Source: Candidatus Micrarchaeota archaeon (GTDB taxonomy: Archaea; Micrarchaeota; Micrarchaeia; Anstonellales; Anstonellaceae). From it: a DNA stretch of 64,000 nucleotides. Position numbers and translations under genes: made by a program. The first letter of the stretch is position 1, and each line of letters starts with the position of its first letter. The stretch is taken from positions 36,090 through 100,089 of the forward strand of contig JAOAJF010000001.1 in NCBI GenBank assembly GCA_026414325.1, written 5' to 3'. The notes below the pieces were generated by a model that worked only from the letters and a program-made list of their open reading frames with translations, had not been told where the DNA came from and ran no database searches. Shown here piece after piece: positions 30,271-40,247 of the stretch.

Positions 30271-31047
30271 CTAATCGCTTTCCTTTTGCAATATTTGAAA
30301 ATACTCCTCTTCTACAAAATGCATTTTTGAAGGAATTATTATTACTGCCGGCCCAACTATATCTTCTTTTTTTTCTAATAATTTTTCTATTCTACCTGCC
30401 CAAATCTTTTGATTTTCTCTTCCAAGACAAGAAAGTACAATTATTCTATCTTTTTGTGTTAGAATTTTTTGTTTAGCCTTTTTTTGTGCCAAAAAAATTA
30501 TTTCAAGGGCCTTTTTTGCACTCATCGCCCCTAATTCTTTATCTATATCTAAAAGGCAGAGGCTATGTGCATCTATTTTTTTGTTTGTTTTAATTATTTT
30601 TAAAAACGAAGTAGGTTGATATTTTTCCTTCCAATATGCAATCGTGCAAATCTTTCCAAATCTGTAAACCTGTAAGCCACTTGTAGATATGGCTGCACTC
30701 AAAATCGAGGAATTATGAATTATTTTTATTTTATGATTAAGTTTTTTACAACTTATAACAAGAGAGATGTGAGTTGTTGCTATTAGAGGATCTCCACACA
30801 CAATCAAAGCACAATCCTCTTTTTCTAGCTGATCTAAAATAATTTTTTCATTTTCAACCTCCTCTCGTTCTAGCAAAATTATTTTTTTTGACAAAATATT
30901 TTCAATTTTTTTAACTTCTTCTTCTTCCAAAAAACTTGTATATCTTTCAATAAAAATTTTATTTATTTTTTTAAGTATTTTCAATGCCTCTAAACTTAGC
31001 CCACTAGCAGAACCTATCCCAAGACCTATTAAATAAAACGTTGCCAT
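30271..31047 (-). CDS. dph5: diphthine synthase
   Basis: MATFYLIGLGIGSASGLSLEALKILK tetrapyrrole-methylase-like N-terminus typical of Dph5; start refined to ATG 31047. Confidence 0.8.
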   Translation of the reverse strand: MATFYLIGLGIGSASGLSLEALKILKKINKIFIERYTSFLEEEEVKKIENILSKKIILLEREEVENEKIILDQLEKEDCALIVCGDPLIATTHISLVISCKKLNHKIKIIHNSSILSAAISTSGLQVYRFGKICTIAYWKEKYQPTSFLKIIKTNKKIDAHSLCLLDIDKELGAMSAKKALEIIFLAQKKAKQKILTQKDRIIVLSCLGRENQKIWAGRIEKLLEKKEDIVGPAVIIIPSKMHFVEEEYFQILQKESD

Positions 31048-31099
31048 ACTTTTGTTTTGGATATTTATTTTTTTAAACCTAAAACACATAAATTTTTTG

Positions 31100-32302
31100 A
31101 TGGATGTACTTTCCTTGTTAAAAAAATCAAAAATTAAACTTAGAGCAAGTGGGCCAGATAATCTTTGCCCAATTTGTAAAAAAAATGGTAGGGTGCACTG
31201 CCCACATAAACCTTTAATAAAAATAAAAAAATTAGCTGTGTTTGAGAAGGATTATTTTTTTGGTCCAACCCCGCCAAATGTTTTTGTTCCACATAACAAT
31301 TATCCAAATATTTTTCCACAACAAATCTTTTTATTAGATGGAAAAATAAATGCTAATCCAAGTTCTTGGTATGGTTGGGATTTTAAAAAAATAATTTATG
31401 CTTCTGCAATGCAGCTTAGAGCAAGTTTTGCTCAGCATTCTAGCCAATCCATTGAAAAACTCCAAGAGAGTATTCTTTCAATAAAACCAGTAGATCTTGA
31501 AGCAAATTATTTAAAAAAACCAAGCTTATTTGTAAATTTTGATCAAGTTTCCTATCCTCTTGGTCCTAAAGCAGTAGTAGATAAAATCTCTCTGGCTTCT
31601 AATCCTTCAATACCTAAAAAAGTAGATAGTCTGCTACAAGAAAATATTCCAATCACTTTAGCAGTTAAAGAGCTTCTAGAGCATGGTTTTGATGAATTTT
31701 ATATCTCTAGAGTTTTAAGTGCTGCTTTATTAGGCAAAGAAAGAAATAAAAAATTTGTACCAACTAGGTGGTCCATAACAGCAACAGATTCTATCTTAGC
31801 AAGATTTTATATAAATAAAATCAAAAATTTTGGCTCTATAGATAAATTTTTTGTTTATGAAAATTTTTATTTAGCAAACAAATTTAGCATAATTCTTTTT
31901 CCTGGAAATTGGGAATTTGAAAACATTGAATGCTGGTGTGCCTCTAAAGAGGTATTTTCGATTTCTCAGGAAAGAGAAGGATATTTTGGAAGGACCAGCT
32001 ATGCCTCTAAACAAGGAGGGGGATATTATGCAACTTTAGTTGCAATAGCAGAAAAATTATTTAAATTATTAAAAAAGCAGGCAAAAGTTCTAGTAATTAG
32101 GGAGATTATGCCTGATTATGACCTACCTGTTGGGGTGTGGGAGATACGAGAAAATGTTAGGCATGCTTTTGAAAAAGAACCAAAAAAATTTGAAACTAAA
32201 AGCGAGTTATTTAATTATCTTTCAACTTCTCTTTTTTTAGAATTTAAAAACTATCTAAAATATAGCAAAATTCTCACTCAATCTACACTCAAGGATTATT
32301 AA
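31100..32302 (+). CDS. zinc-ribbon protein with C-terminal PIP-like motif, possibly NreA-like DNA repair factor
   Basis: N-terminal CPICKKNGRVHCPH zinc-ribbon; extreme C-terminus QSTLKDY fits Qxx[LIM]xx[FY]; start refined to ATG 31100; family assignment from memory only. Confidence 0.3.
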   Translation: MDVLSLLKKSKIKLRASGPDNLCPICKKNGRVHCPHKPLIKIKKLAVFEKDYFFGPTPPNVFVPHNNYPNIFPQQIFLLDGKINANPSSWYGWDFKKIIYASAMQLRASFAQHSSQSIEKLQESILSIKPVDLEANYLKKPSLFVNFDQVSYPLGPKAVVDKISLASNPSIPKKVDSLLQENIPITLAVKELLEHGFDEFYISRVLSAALLGKERNKKFVPTRWSITATDSILARFYINKIKNFGSIDKFFVYENFYLANKFSIILFPGNWEFENIECWCASKEVFSISQEREGYFGRTSYASKQGGGYYATLVAIAEKLFKLLKKQAKVLVIREIMPDYDLPVGVWEIRENVRHAFEKEPKKFETKSELFNYLSTSLFLEFKNYLKYSKILTQSTLKDY

Positions 32303-32411
32303 TTATTCTATTTATTATTAATTATTCTAATTTATTCCAAAACTTACAACAAAAGATTTATAAACACTCATTTTCATATATTTATTATAACATTTTTAAT
32401 GGTGATAACTT

Positions 32412-33242
32412 ATGTCCAAGGTTAAAAGATTAGGTGTTGCTATTATAGCTGCAGCTACATTCATAATAGGAAGTGCTTTATATAAACAATGCCAAGGCCC
32501 AGAACCTTCTAAAATCCAGAGAATAGAGCAAAGAATAGAACAAAAAGCACCTAAAAAAGATTTTTTTGTTAAATTGCTAGAAGAAGCCCCTCTGCCTTAC
32601 TCTACAACTGTATTAAAAAAAGGCCAAAATTCTGAGCTTAATTCTTCTTTATCAGATAATCCTTATTCTAATCAATCAATTACTGAAGCTATAAGAATAG
32701 GTGTTATCCCCGAAAAAACAAATCAAGAAATAAATCAAAAAGATATTTGTGCTCATTTAGGAATCACAAGTTCTGTCTCTTCTAATCAACCTACTGCTAA
32801 ACAAGGGGATAGTATTACTAAAACTAAAACAGAAAAAAAGCAAGAGACAAAAAACAAAGAGAAAAATCAACCTCTTGCTAAAAACACACCACCACAAGTT
32901 CCAGAAACACAACCCACTACTAATCAAGAAGTTCAACCCCTTTCAATTCCTCAAGAACAAGGAGAAAGACAAGATAGCCAAGAAAGTTTAGAGCCACAAA
33001 ACATTCTTGAAAGAAAAGTTCTAAATTTAGTTGGCTATTCTGGCTTAGCTGTTTATAGATTAATAGATGGAGTTAAAAGCGTGAAACAAATAATAAACGA
33101 AAGTGGTTTTAGTGAGCAAACGGTACTCGATATTTTATCAATTCTCCGTAGTAATAATCTAATTCATTTTGGGCAAACGTCTACAGAAAAAAATACAGAA
33201 AAAAAAGTAATTATTAATATACAAATCAAGCGAAATAAGTAG
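32412..33242 (+). CDS. membrane-anchored protein with long S/T/Q/N/P-rich low-complexity region
   Basis: N-terminal TM LGVAIIAAATFIIGSALY, central low-complexity region, folded-looking C-terminal approximately 80 aa. Confidence 0.35.
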   Translation: MSKVKRLGVAIIAAATFIIGSALYKQCQGPEPSKIQRIEQRIEQKAPKKDFFVKLLEEAPLPYSTTVLKKGQNSELNSSLSDNPYSNQSITEAIRIGVIPEKTNQEINQKDICAHLGITSSVSSNQPTAKQGDSITKTKTEKKQETKNKEKNQPLAKNTPPQVPETQPTTNQEVQPLSIPQEQGERQDSQESLEPQNILERKVLNLVGYSGLAVYRLIDGVKSVKQIINESGFSEQTVLDILSILRSNNLIHFGQTSTEKNTEKKVIINIQIKRNK

Positions 33243-33384
33243 CTCCTTCTTTTTATTTTTTCTTTCTTTTTCTTTCTTTTATCCTCTTTTACTTAGTGTA
33301 ATATTTTTGGTTTAGTTTTAGGGTTTAGGCTATTGAAAAGTTTTTTATTTATTGTAGTTGTTAATTTTTAAAGGAGGGAATGGA

Positions 33385-33882
33385 ATGGGAACAGTAGCAA
33401 GAAAGATAGTAAAAGGCGATGTAAATAAAACCATCGAGCTACTAAATAAAGCTTTAGCTGATGAGTGGCTAGCATTTTATCAATACTGGGTTGGGGCTTT
33501 GGTAGTGGAAGGCCCACTTAGGCCAGATGTACAAGAGGAATTAGAAGAACATGCAAAAGAAGAATTTGAACATGCTAACATGCTAGCTAAAAGAATAATC
33601 GAGCTTGGTGGAGAGCCAATTTTAAATCCAAATCAATTAGAAAAATATTCTAATTGTGGCTATGATGAGCCAAAAGATTTTCATGTGCTAAAAATTTTAG
33701 ATCAAAATATTAAAGGTGAGCAATGCGCAATAGAAGTTTATTCTTCGATTTTAGAAAATTTAAAGGGAGATCCGATAACTTTTAACCTAATTAGAAAAAT
33801 AATGGAAGACGAAGTGGAGCATGAGCAAGAGCTAGAAGATTTAAAAAAAGATATTCTTTTAATTGGAAAAACAAAACAATAG
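33385..33882 (+). CDS. ferritin-like diiron protein (Dps/bacterioferritin family)
   Basis: diiron ligand pattern EELEEHAKEEFEHA ... EDEVEHEQE; start refined to ATG 33385 preceded by AAAGGAGGG. Confidence 0.55.
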   Translation: MGTVARKIVKGDVNKTIELLNKALADEWLAFYQYWVGALVVEGPLRPDVQEELEEHAKEEFEHANMLAKRIIELGGEPILNPNQLEKYSNCGYDEPKDFHVLKILDQNIKGEQCAIEVYSSILENLKGDPITFNLIRKIMEDEVEHEQELEDLKKDILLIGKTKQ

Positions 33883-33885
33883 GGT

Positions 33886-34440
33886 GTGTTGTCTATGTTG
33901 TGGATACTGGGTTTATTAATACTGGCGGTTTTAGTCTACGTCTTTTTATACAACCATTTAGTTAATCTCAAGGCAAGAATAGAAAATGCTTGGGCTCAAA
34001 TAGATGTTCAGCTAAAAAAGAGATATGACTTAGTCCCAAATCTAGTAGAAACAGTTAAAGCTTATGCTAAGCATGAAAAGCAGCTTTTTGAAAATGTTAC
34101 TCAGGCAAGAACTGCTGCATTAAACGCAACAAATCTTAAAGAAAAAGCAAAAGCAGAATCTCAACTCTCTGCTGCTTTAAAATCTATTTTTGCTGTCGCC
34201 GAAAACTACCCTCAATTAAGAGCATCTGAAAACTTCAAACTTTTACAAGAGCAGCTTGATGCTATTGAATCAAAAATCGCATATTCTAGGCAATTTTACA
34301 ACGATGCAGTTTTAGAATACAACAGTACAATTCAGCAAATTCCTTATAACTTCATAGCCTCAATTCATAACTTTACTTTAAAAGAATACTTCAAAATCGA
34401 AGAAACAGAAAAACAAAATGTAAAAGTTTCATTCGACTAA
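33886..34440 (+). CDS. lemA: LemA family protein
   Basis: N-terminal TM then NAWAQIDVQLKKRYDLVPNLVETVKAYAKHEKQLFENVTQAR, matching the LemA core. Confidence 0.8.
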   Translation: MLSMLWILGLLILAVLVYVFLYNHLVNLKARIENAWAQIDVQLKKRYDLVPNLVETVKAYAKHEKQLFENVTQARTAALNATNLKEKAKAESQLSAALKSIFAVAENYPQLRASENFKLLQEQLDAIESKIAYSRQFYNDAVLEYNSTIQQIPYNFIASIHNFTLKEYFKIEETEKQNVKVSFD

Positions 34441-34478
34441 ATTCATAATCTTTAAGACTAAGCTAAGGTGGAATTAAA

Positions 34479-35381
34479 ATGGTTTCATTCTGGGATGTAC
34501 AAAACAAAAATAAACTTTATTCCTATCTTTTAGCTTTAGTCGTATTTTTAATTTTACTTTCTTTATTTGCTCTTTTTTCTTTTATACTCGGAGACAACAT
34601 TATTTTCATACTTTTCTTCGGATTATTTACTATAATCTATCCACTTATAACTTATTTTTACTCGCATAAAATAGTTCTTCGTCTTACTGGAGCCCAACCA
34701 GCTGACCCAATCAAAGATATCTATTTAATAAATGTTGGAGAAGGTTTGGCCCTTGCAGCAGGACTAAAAAAACCACCTAAATTTTACATTTTAGAAGACC
34801 CTTCACCAAATGCTTTTGCAACCGGGCCTGATCCAGATAATGCAGTTGTGGTTGTAACTAGAGGCTTGCTTAATATTGCAAATCGCCAGGAACTAGAAGG
34901 AGTTATAGCCCACGAGTTAAGCCACATAAAAAATTATGACACTCGTTTTATGACAGTAGTGGTAGTGATGGTTGGCCTAATCGGATTTTTAGCATCCATT
35001 CTATCTCGTTCTGTTTTACACTCTAGCCTGGATTCAAGAAATAGGCGAGGTGGAAATATATTTATTTTATTATTGATTTTTCTAGCAGCAGTGCTCACTC
35101 CAATAATTGCAAATCTTGTAGGTTTAGCTATCTCAAGAAAAAGAGAATATTTAGCAGATGCCTCTGCAGCTCAGCTCACAAGAAATCCTGAAGGGCTTGC
35201 CTCTGCTTTAGAAAAAATAAAAAATGCAGCAAAATCCCAATTTGATTATGGTCCAGCAAGAGCACTTTTTATCTCTGATCCTCAAAAAGAAGAAAAACAA
35301 TCTTTTTTCCAAAAATTTTCAAATCTTTTTTCAACTCATCCCCCAATTGATGAAAGAATAAAGATTTTGCGCTCTATGTAA
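34479..35381 (+). CDS. htpX: HtpX-like M48 zinc metalloprotease
   Basis: TM helices plus HELSHIKNYD (HExxH) and downstream EYLADASAA; LemA-HtpX adjacency as commonly seen. Confidence 0.8.
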   Translation: MVSFWDVQNKNKLYSYLLALVVFLILLSLFALFSFILGDNIIFILFFGLFTIIYPLITYFYSHKIVLRLTGAQPADPIKDIYLINVGEGLALAAGLKKPPKFYILEDPSPNAFATGPDPDNAVVVVTRGLLNIANRQELEGVIAHELSHIKNYDTRFMTVVVVMVGLIGFLASILSRSVLHSSLDSRNRRGGNIFILLLIFLAAVLTPIIANLVGLAISRKREYLADASAAQLTRNPEGLASALEKIKNAAKSQFDYGPARALFISDPQKEEKQSFFQKFSNLFSTHPPIDERIKILRSM

Positions 35382-36242
35382 TTAAACAAATTCGTATTTT
35401 ATTTTTAGCTCTTTGGAAATATTTACAATTTTTTCTTTTTGTGCCTTGTCTACTCCTTTTTTATCTATTAAAATTCCTTCTATTTTTTCAAAATTTTTCT
35501 TGATTGCTTCTTGAACTATATCTCTATCTATCTGCTCTATTCTGTATTTTGGACAAATATGGCTTATTGCTATTTCTTCTCCATCAATTAACCTTTTTCC
35601 AAGAACATAATCTGTAAACTTTGGTGCATAGTGGCCCCCACCAAATCCAATATAAGTTTTATATTCTGGGCTTTTTACTAAAAGTGCACTAAATAGTGCT
35701 CCAGCTATTATTTTTCCAGCTAAGGGATTTTCCCACTCTTCTTTATCTGAGCCAATCTCAACAAATATTAATGGTTTTTTCTCTTCTATTGTTGGGCCAT
35801 GATGATCAACCTCTAATGAGACATTCCAATTCAAATTATTTTTTTTATTTTCTTGTTCGATATATTTTAATATTTGTTTTATTTTGCAGCCAAAAGAATA
35901 GTTTAATGTTTTTGGTTTACCTCCATAACCTGCTTCTGCCCAGTTTCCAGGAACATGAACAGTTAGGGAAGGAAATTTTTTTTCTGATTTGTGGCTTGAG
36001 GCATATAAAAAATACTCTTCAGTCATATGTGCAGTTGGTTTTACTTCTAAAATTTCTACATTTTGTCCATAGGCAAATAATTTTGTACAGCAGCTAGTTT
36101 TTCCACAAGCACTAAAAAAAAGATTCTGGCCATTTTCTTGCCATGCAAAATGCTCTTTTAAATTTCTTATAATGTTTAAAGAGGCTGGATTTTTAGTAGA
36201 ATATAAAATTGCACCTTTTTTAGTCTCTATTTTTTGTCTCAT
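35382..36242 (-). CDS. dtdA: D-aminoacyl-tRNA deacylase, archaeal DtdA type (tentative)
   Basis: 286 aa; GFGGGHYAPKFTD motif and overall size resemble the archaeal DTD2 family; from memory. Confidence 0.4.
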   Translation of the reverse strand: MRQKIETKKGAILYSTKNPASLNIIRNLKEHFAWQENGQNLFFSACGKTSCCTKLFAYGQNVEILEVKPTAHMTEEYFLYASSHKSEKKFPSLTVHVPGNWAEAGYGGKPKTLNYSFGCKIKQILKYIEQENKKNNLNWNVSLEVDHHGPTIEEKKPLIFVEIGSDKEEWENPLAGKIIAGALFSALLVKSPEYKTYIGFGGGHYAPKFTDYVLGKRLIDGEEIAISHICPKYRIEQIDRDIVQEAIKKNFEKIEGILIDKKGVDKAQKEKIVNISKELKIKYEFV

Positions 36243-36274
36243 AAATAAGTTTGTTATGTTAAACTTTTAAATTC

Positions 36275-37027
36275 TTGTTTATTTATTTTTTTATGCAAAA
36301 ACCATGGTTTTATAGAAATCTTGGTCCAATTTCTATTCAAGAGCAAAAGCTTTTGTTTTCTTCTGGCATGGTGGTTTGTGGGGTTGGGGGGGTTGGTGGT
36401 ATTTGTAATGAATTATTAGTTCGTGCAGGGCTAGGTAGGCTCTTAACAATAGATTTTGATAAATTTGAAAAAACAAATCTAAATAGACAAATTCATTGCA
36501 CTTTAGATGTTCTTGAACAAGAGAAAGTAGCTGTTTTAGAAAAAAAACTTCTAAATATTAATCCAAAATTAAAATTTGTAAAAATAAATCAAAAACTAAC
36601 CCCTCAAACTTTTCTATATTTTAAAAATTCAATAAAAAATTTTAGACCAAAATTAATTTTAGATGCTTTTGACAATGCTCAAGCAAGAGTTCTTATTTAT
36701 AGAATTTCTAAAGAGCTTGATATTCCATATCTTTTTGCAGCTTGCTCTAAATCAAGAGGAATTATCTCCTTATTTTTAAAAAAACAAAATATGGAAAAAT
36801 TACTAAATCTCCCCTCTTTTAACTTAGAATTAAATGAGGCTTATAATTCTTTAGCAAATTTTCCAACAGGGCTTGCAGCCTGGGGTCCAACTACAAATCT
36901 TGTCGGAGCTCTTGCAACAAACGCAGCATTAAATTTTATTCTAAAAAGAAAAGGTTATCCTCTGGCTCCAAATTATTGGTCGATCTCAGGGCAAGAGAAA
37001 AAAATTTTTTCATATTCAAAATTTTAA
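36275..37027 (+). CDS. ThiF/MoeB/HesA family E1-like adenylyltransferase (possibly TcdA-like)
   Basis: VVCGVGGVGGICNELLVRAGLGRLLTIDFDKFEKTNLNRQ nucleotide-binding motif; no C-terminal Cys cluster. Confidence 0.65.
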   Translation: MFIYFFMQKPWFYRNLGPISIQEQKLLFSSGMVVCGVGGVGGICNELLVRAGLGRLLTIDFDKFEKTNLNRQIHCTLDVLEQEKVAVLEKKLLNINPKLKFVKINQKLTPQTFLYFKNSIKNFRPKLILDAFDNAQARVLIYRISKELDIPYLFAACSKSRGIISLFLKKQNMEKLLNLPSFNLELNEAYNSLANFPTGLAAWGPTTNLVGALATNAALNFILKRKGYPLAPNYWSISGQEKKIFSYSKF

Positions 37028-37489
37028 TTAGTCCTTCATAGTTTTTAGTATCTCGATTGCTTTTTTTATTTTTTCAAAAGCCAATTTTATATTCTCCAAG
37101 TATATTTGTTCCAAAGCAGGGCCAAGCTCTTTGTTTTCTGCCAAAGAAGGAATAACAAAAACATAGCGATTTTCTTTTTTTGTAATAATCCCTTTCTTTT
37201 TTAACTGAAGTAAATGGTACATAATCGATTTAAAACTAGCTTTTTTTTCTCTTAAACTATTTACTTTTTGCTCTATGTCCTTTGCTGTTGGCTCAATATC
37301 ATTAAAATGAAAATATAAAAGAGCTTCTACTATATCAAAAATTAGTGTTCTAGACTCGTTTAATTGAACCAAGCCTAAGGATAAACAAAGATATCTAATT
37401 AAGCCTTTTTTTGTTAATTTTACCTGGCTTAAAAGTTGCATATCCCTTACTAAATACTCGTTAATTATAAGTTCTTTTTCTGGTATCAT
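37028..37489 (-). CDS. hypothetical protein with winged-helix-like segment
   Basis: SIMYHLLQLKKKGIITKKENRYVFVIPS resembles a wHTH recognition helix and wing. Confidence 0.3.
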   Translation of the reverse strand: MIPEKELIINEYLVRDMQLLSQVKLTKKGLIRYLCLSLGLVQLNESRTLIFDIVEALLYFHFNDIEPTAKDIEQKVNSLREKKASFKSIMYHLLQLKKKGIITKKENRYVFVIPSLAENKELGPALEQIYLENIKLAFEKIKKAIEILKTMKD

Positions 37490-37596
37490 AAAAAACTAAT
37501 TTTCTTTACAATTAATAATTTTTAAACATTGCTAAGTTTTTCAAGTTTTTTATATAAAACATACATTTATAAATTTTACAACACACATTTTTTTTT

Positions 37597-40227
37597 ATGT
37601 ACGACTATTACGATTACTTAGACTTTTCCATTTGTAGAGAAATTGCTTATAGCTTTTTTCCAATCAATAGTGGAGACTTTAAGGTTCACATTCAAGAAGT
37701 TTTAATAGAAAGAGATGGCCAAAAATATAAAATTTCTAGACCACCAACAATTATAAAAGATATTTTAAGATTTAGTATTTCTACATATAATGATGTAACT
37801 TATTGTTTTTATAGTGTGAAAACACCACTCTCTATTTTAGGAAAACTACAAAGAGATATTTCAATAGAGGGGGAATTTTTACCAAAAGACCCACTAAACA
37901 AAGACCCTTTCTATCCTAATAGAGATGTTTTTAACCAGTTTAAAAATTTTATTAATAAGCGAGAATATTACTTTGAGAATGAATTAAATAAAACACTCTT
38001 ACTTCAATTAATTTTTAAAGAGTTAGAAAAAAATAGAGCCTCACCCTCTGAACTTTCTAAAGACTTAAGCGAACTTTTTACTCTTTCTTCTGAAATATCT
38101 GAATTAGAAACTCGAGCTTACAATTTAGTTGCAGAGCTTGAAAGCATAGCATTTTTAACAAAAAAAGACGAGTACCTGTCTCATCATCTAACCTATTCTG
38201 AATTATTTGAAAAATTTGGCCCAACACTAAAAGAGCTTGCAAAAGGTTTTAGGGCTCTTTACAATAATTTTTTGGAAGGAAGAAAAAATAAGAGTTTGCC
38301 ACTTGCTGATTGGTTAAATTTTAACAAAATAAAACCTCCTTTAAAGCAATCTTATTTCAAAGAAATTTTTGAAAAAATCAAAAAGGATAAAGAAGATTTT
38401 GATAGTTTTTCTAAAGCTTTAGATGGATTTTATCTTTCCTCCTTAGGGCAATTAGATACAATCTCTTCTTCCAGAAGGCATCTACTTAGAGCAATTGTGA
38501 TGGTGGTCAAGGATTTAACTTCTAGTTCTCAGTGGGATTTTCTAGCTTCAACAAAAGAATTTATTGCATTTAAAAACGCAGCAAAAAAATATGAAAAATG
38601 CTCTACTCTTTTACTCAAAGGCTTTTCAAGCACAAACAAACTTAAAAGTTATCTTTTTTTAGTAGATTTTCTTAATTCATATTCTAAAGTTTTTAACTCT
38701 TCTTTAGACTTTTTAAATTATATTGAAAAATTAAAAAAGAGTGACAAAAATCTTTATTATCAATTAGCCGAGGTAAAAAAATGCTTAATTTTTTATATGC
38801 AATATATTTCTTTTAGAGATCTTAGAGCAGAAAAAGAATCTTTAGATACTTTTGCTTATCTTATAAAAAAATATAAGGGTTTAGACCTAAACGAATTATT
38901 TACTCTCTACTACTCTTCCTTAGTAAAAGCAAATGAGCTAGCAAACTCTTTTTATTTAAAAGGCTCGCTAGAAGGCTCTATTGATCCTATAAAAATAAAA
39001 AGAAAAGAAATAGCTCTAAAGTTTTTAGAAAATCTAAAAAAACTAAAAAGAGTTTTACCAATTCATTATAATCTAGTTAAATTTAGATATTCTGTTCATG
39101 AATCTCATACTAATTATAAATTTGGGCCATGGTTTGATAATATAAAAACTTCAGATCTGTTTAATCCAGAGCTATTACTAGTTTCTTCTTTTTATCTATT
39201 AAAGCGAGCTATTGGAGAAAAACAAAGTTTAAAAGAAAAAATGGTTTTTTTAAACAAAAGTACAGACCAAAAATTAAGAAAAAGAGTAGAAGAATTAAAC
39301 TCAATTTTAGGCTTTCCTCTTAATTTGCAGTCAGAAAAAGAGCAAAAAAATCAAAAATTCATTGCATTTGGTAGATTAAACCAAGACATCTTACAAGATT
39401 ATTTAGATAAAGTTTCTTCTCTTTATGAGAAACTTAGTACATTAAACAAAGAATTTTACTTAGTCTTAGAGAAAATCTCAAAAAAATATTTAGATTTTTC
39501 ATTAAAAGAGCTTTTGTTTCCAGAATATGCAGCACCATTTTACTACTATGAAAAAGATATACAAGATCAGCTCCAGCTAAAAAAGAGACAAAAAAATAGT
39601 TTTGCAAACATAGAATTAAAATGTTCATTGATTATAAAGCAGCGTTCTAAAAGAAACTTTTCTCAGGATTTAATTTTAGATTTTTCTTCGAATGTGATCT
39701 CCTACAATTTTAAAGGAAAAGATCCAACCAGGCTCTCTATACCTTCTGCTAATAGAAATTCCTTTTATGGAACCTATCTGGAGATTCCAAAAGCAATAGC
39801 ATCTTTAACTCAAGATTATTCCAACACCGAAGCAGATAAACTAGTTTTTTCTACCCTTCCGCTTATACCTGAAATCTTAAATATAAGGCTTTATCTTCTA
39901 AATAAGATATTTAAGGCCTCGGATGCTAGATATTGCTCGGAGCATCTAAATTTATTTTTAGGTTTATTAAAAGATGCAACTTCCTCTGAAAAAGGCTGCT
40001 TTTTTAGTTACAATAATAAAATCTATGAATTTTCCCCAAACTTTTTAGATCGAAAGTTTAATGAGTTTAAACTAGATGAAAGCACAGCTTTAAATATAGA
40101 AAAAAACAGAGCCCTGATTGAAAAAGAAAGAATTCTCTTTACTTTATTAAAACAGGCAACAAGAGCTTTTGAAGCTAGAAGAAAAGCCTTTGCCTTCACT
40201 TTACAAAAACTAAACAAAATCGTTTAA
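37597..40227 (+). CDS. large hypothetical protein (876 aa)
   Basis: long uninterrupted ORF, predicted helical, no recognisable motif. Confidence 0.4.
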   Translation: MYDYYDYLDFSICREIAYSFFPINSGDFKVHIQEVLIERDGQKYKISRPPTIIKDILRFSISTYNDVTYCFYSVKTPLSILGKLQRDISIEGEFLPKDPLNKDPFYPNRDVFNQFKNFINKREYYFENELNKTLLLQLIFKELEKNRASPSELSKDLSELFTLSSEISELETRAYNLVAELESIAFLTKKDEYLSHHLTYSELFEKFGPTLKELAKGFRALYNNFLEGRKNKSLPLADWLNFNKIKPPLKQSYFKEIFEKIKKDKEDFDSFSKALDGFYLSSLGQLDTISSSRRHLLRAIVMVVKDLTSSSQWDFLASTKEFIAFKNAAKKYEKCSTLLLKGFSSTNKLKSYLFLVDFLNSYSKVFNSSLDFLNYIEKLKKSDKNLYYQLAEVKKCLIFYMQYISFRDLRAEKESLDTFAYLIKKYKGLDLNELFTLYYSSLVKANELANSFYLKGSLEGSIDPIKIKRKEIALKFLENLKKLKRVLPIHYNLVKFRYSVHESHTNYKFGPWFDNIKTSDLFNPELLLVSSFYLLKRAIGEKQSLKEKMVFLNKSTDQKLRKRVEELNSILGFPLNLQSEKEQKNQKFIAFGRLNQDILQDYLDKVSSLYEKLSTLNKEFYLVLEKISKKYLDFSLKELLFPEYAAPFYYYEKDIQDQLQLKKRQKNSFANIELKCSLIIKQRSKRNFSQDLILDFSSNVISYNFKGKDPTRLSIPSANRNSFYGTYLEIPKAIASLTQDYSNTEADKLVFSTLPLIPEILNIRLYLLNKIFKASDARYCSEHLNLFLGLLKDATSSEKGCFFSYNNKIYEFSPNFLDRKFNEFKLDESTALNIEKNRALIEKERILFTLLKQATRAFEARRKAFAFTLQKLNKIV

Positions 40228-40247
40228 TTATTCAACCTAACTAGTTT

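Noticed and set aside
33243-33330. Polypyrimidine (CT-rich) tract TTCTTTCTTTTTCTTTCTTTT upstream of the ferritin-like gene
   Set aside because: Low-complexity intergenic sequence, common in AT-rich genomes; no evidence of a repeat family or regulatory structure beyond a likely promoter region.
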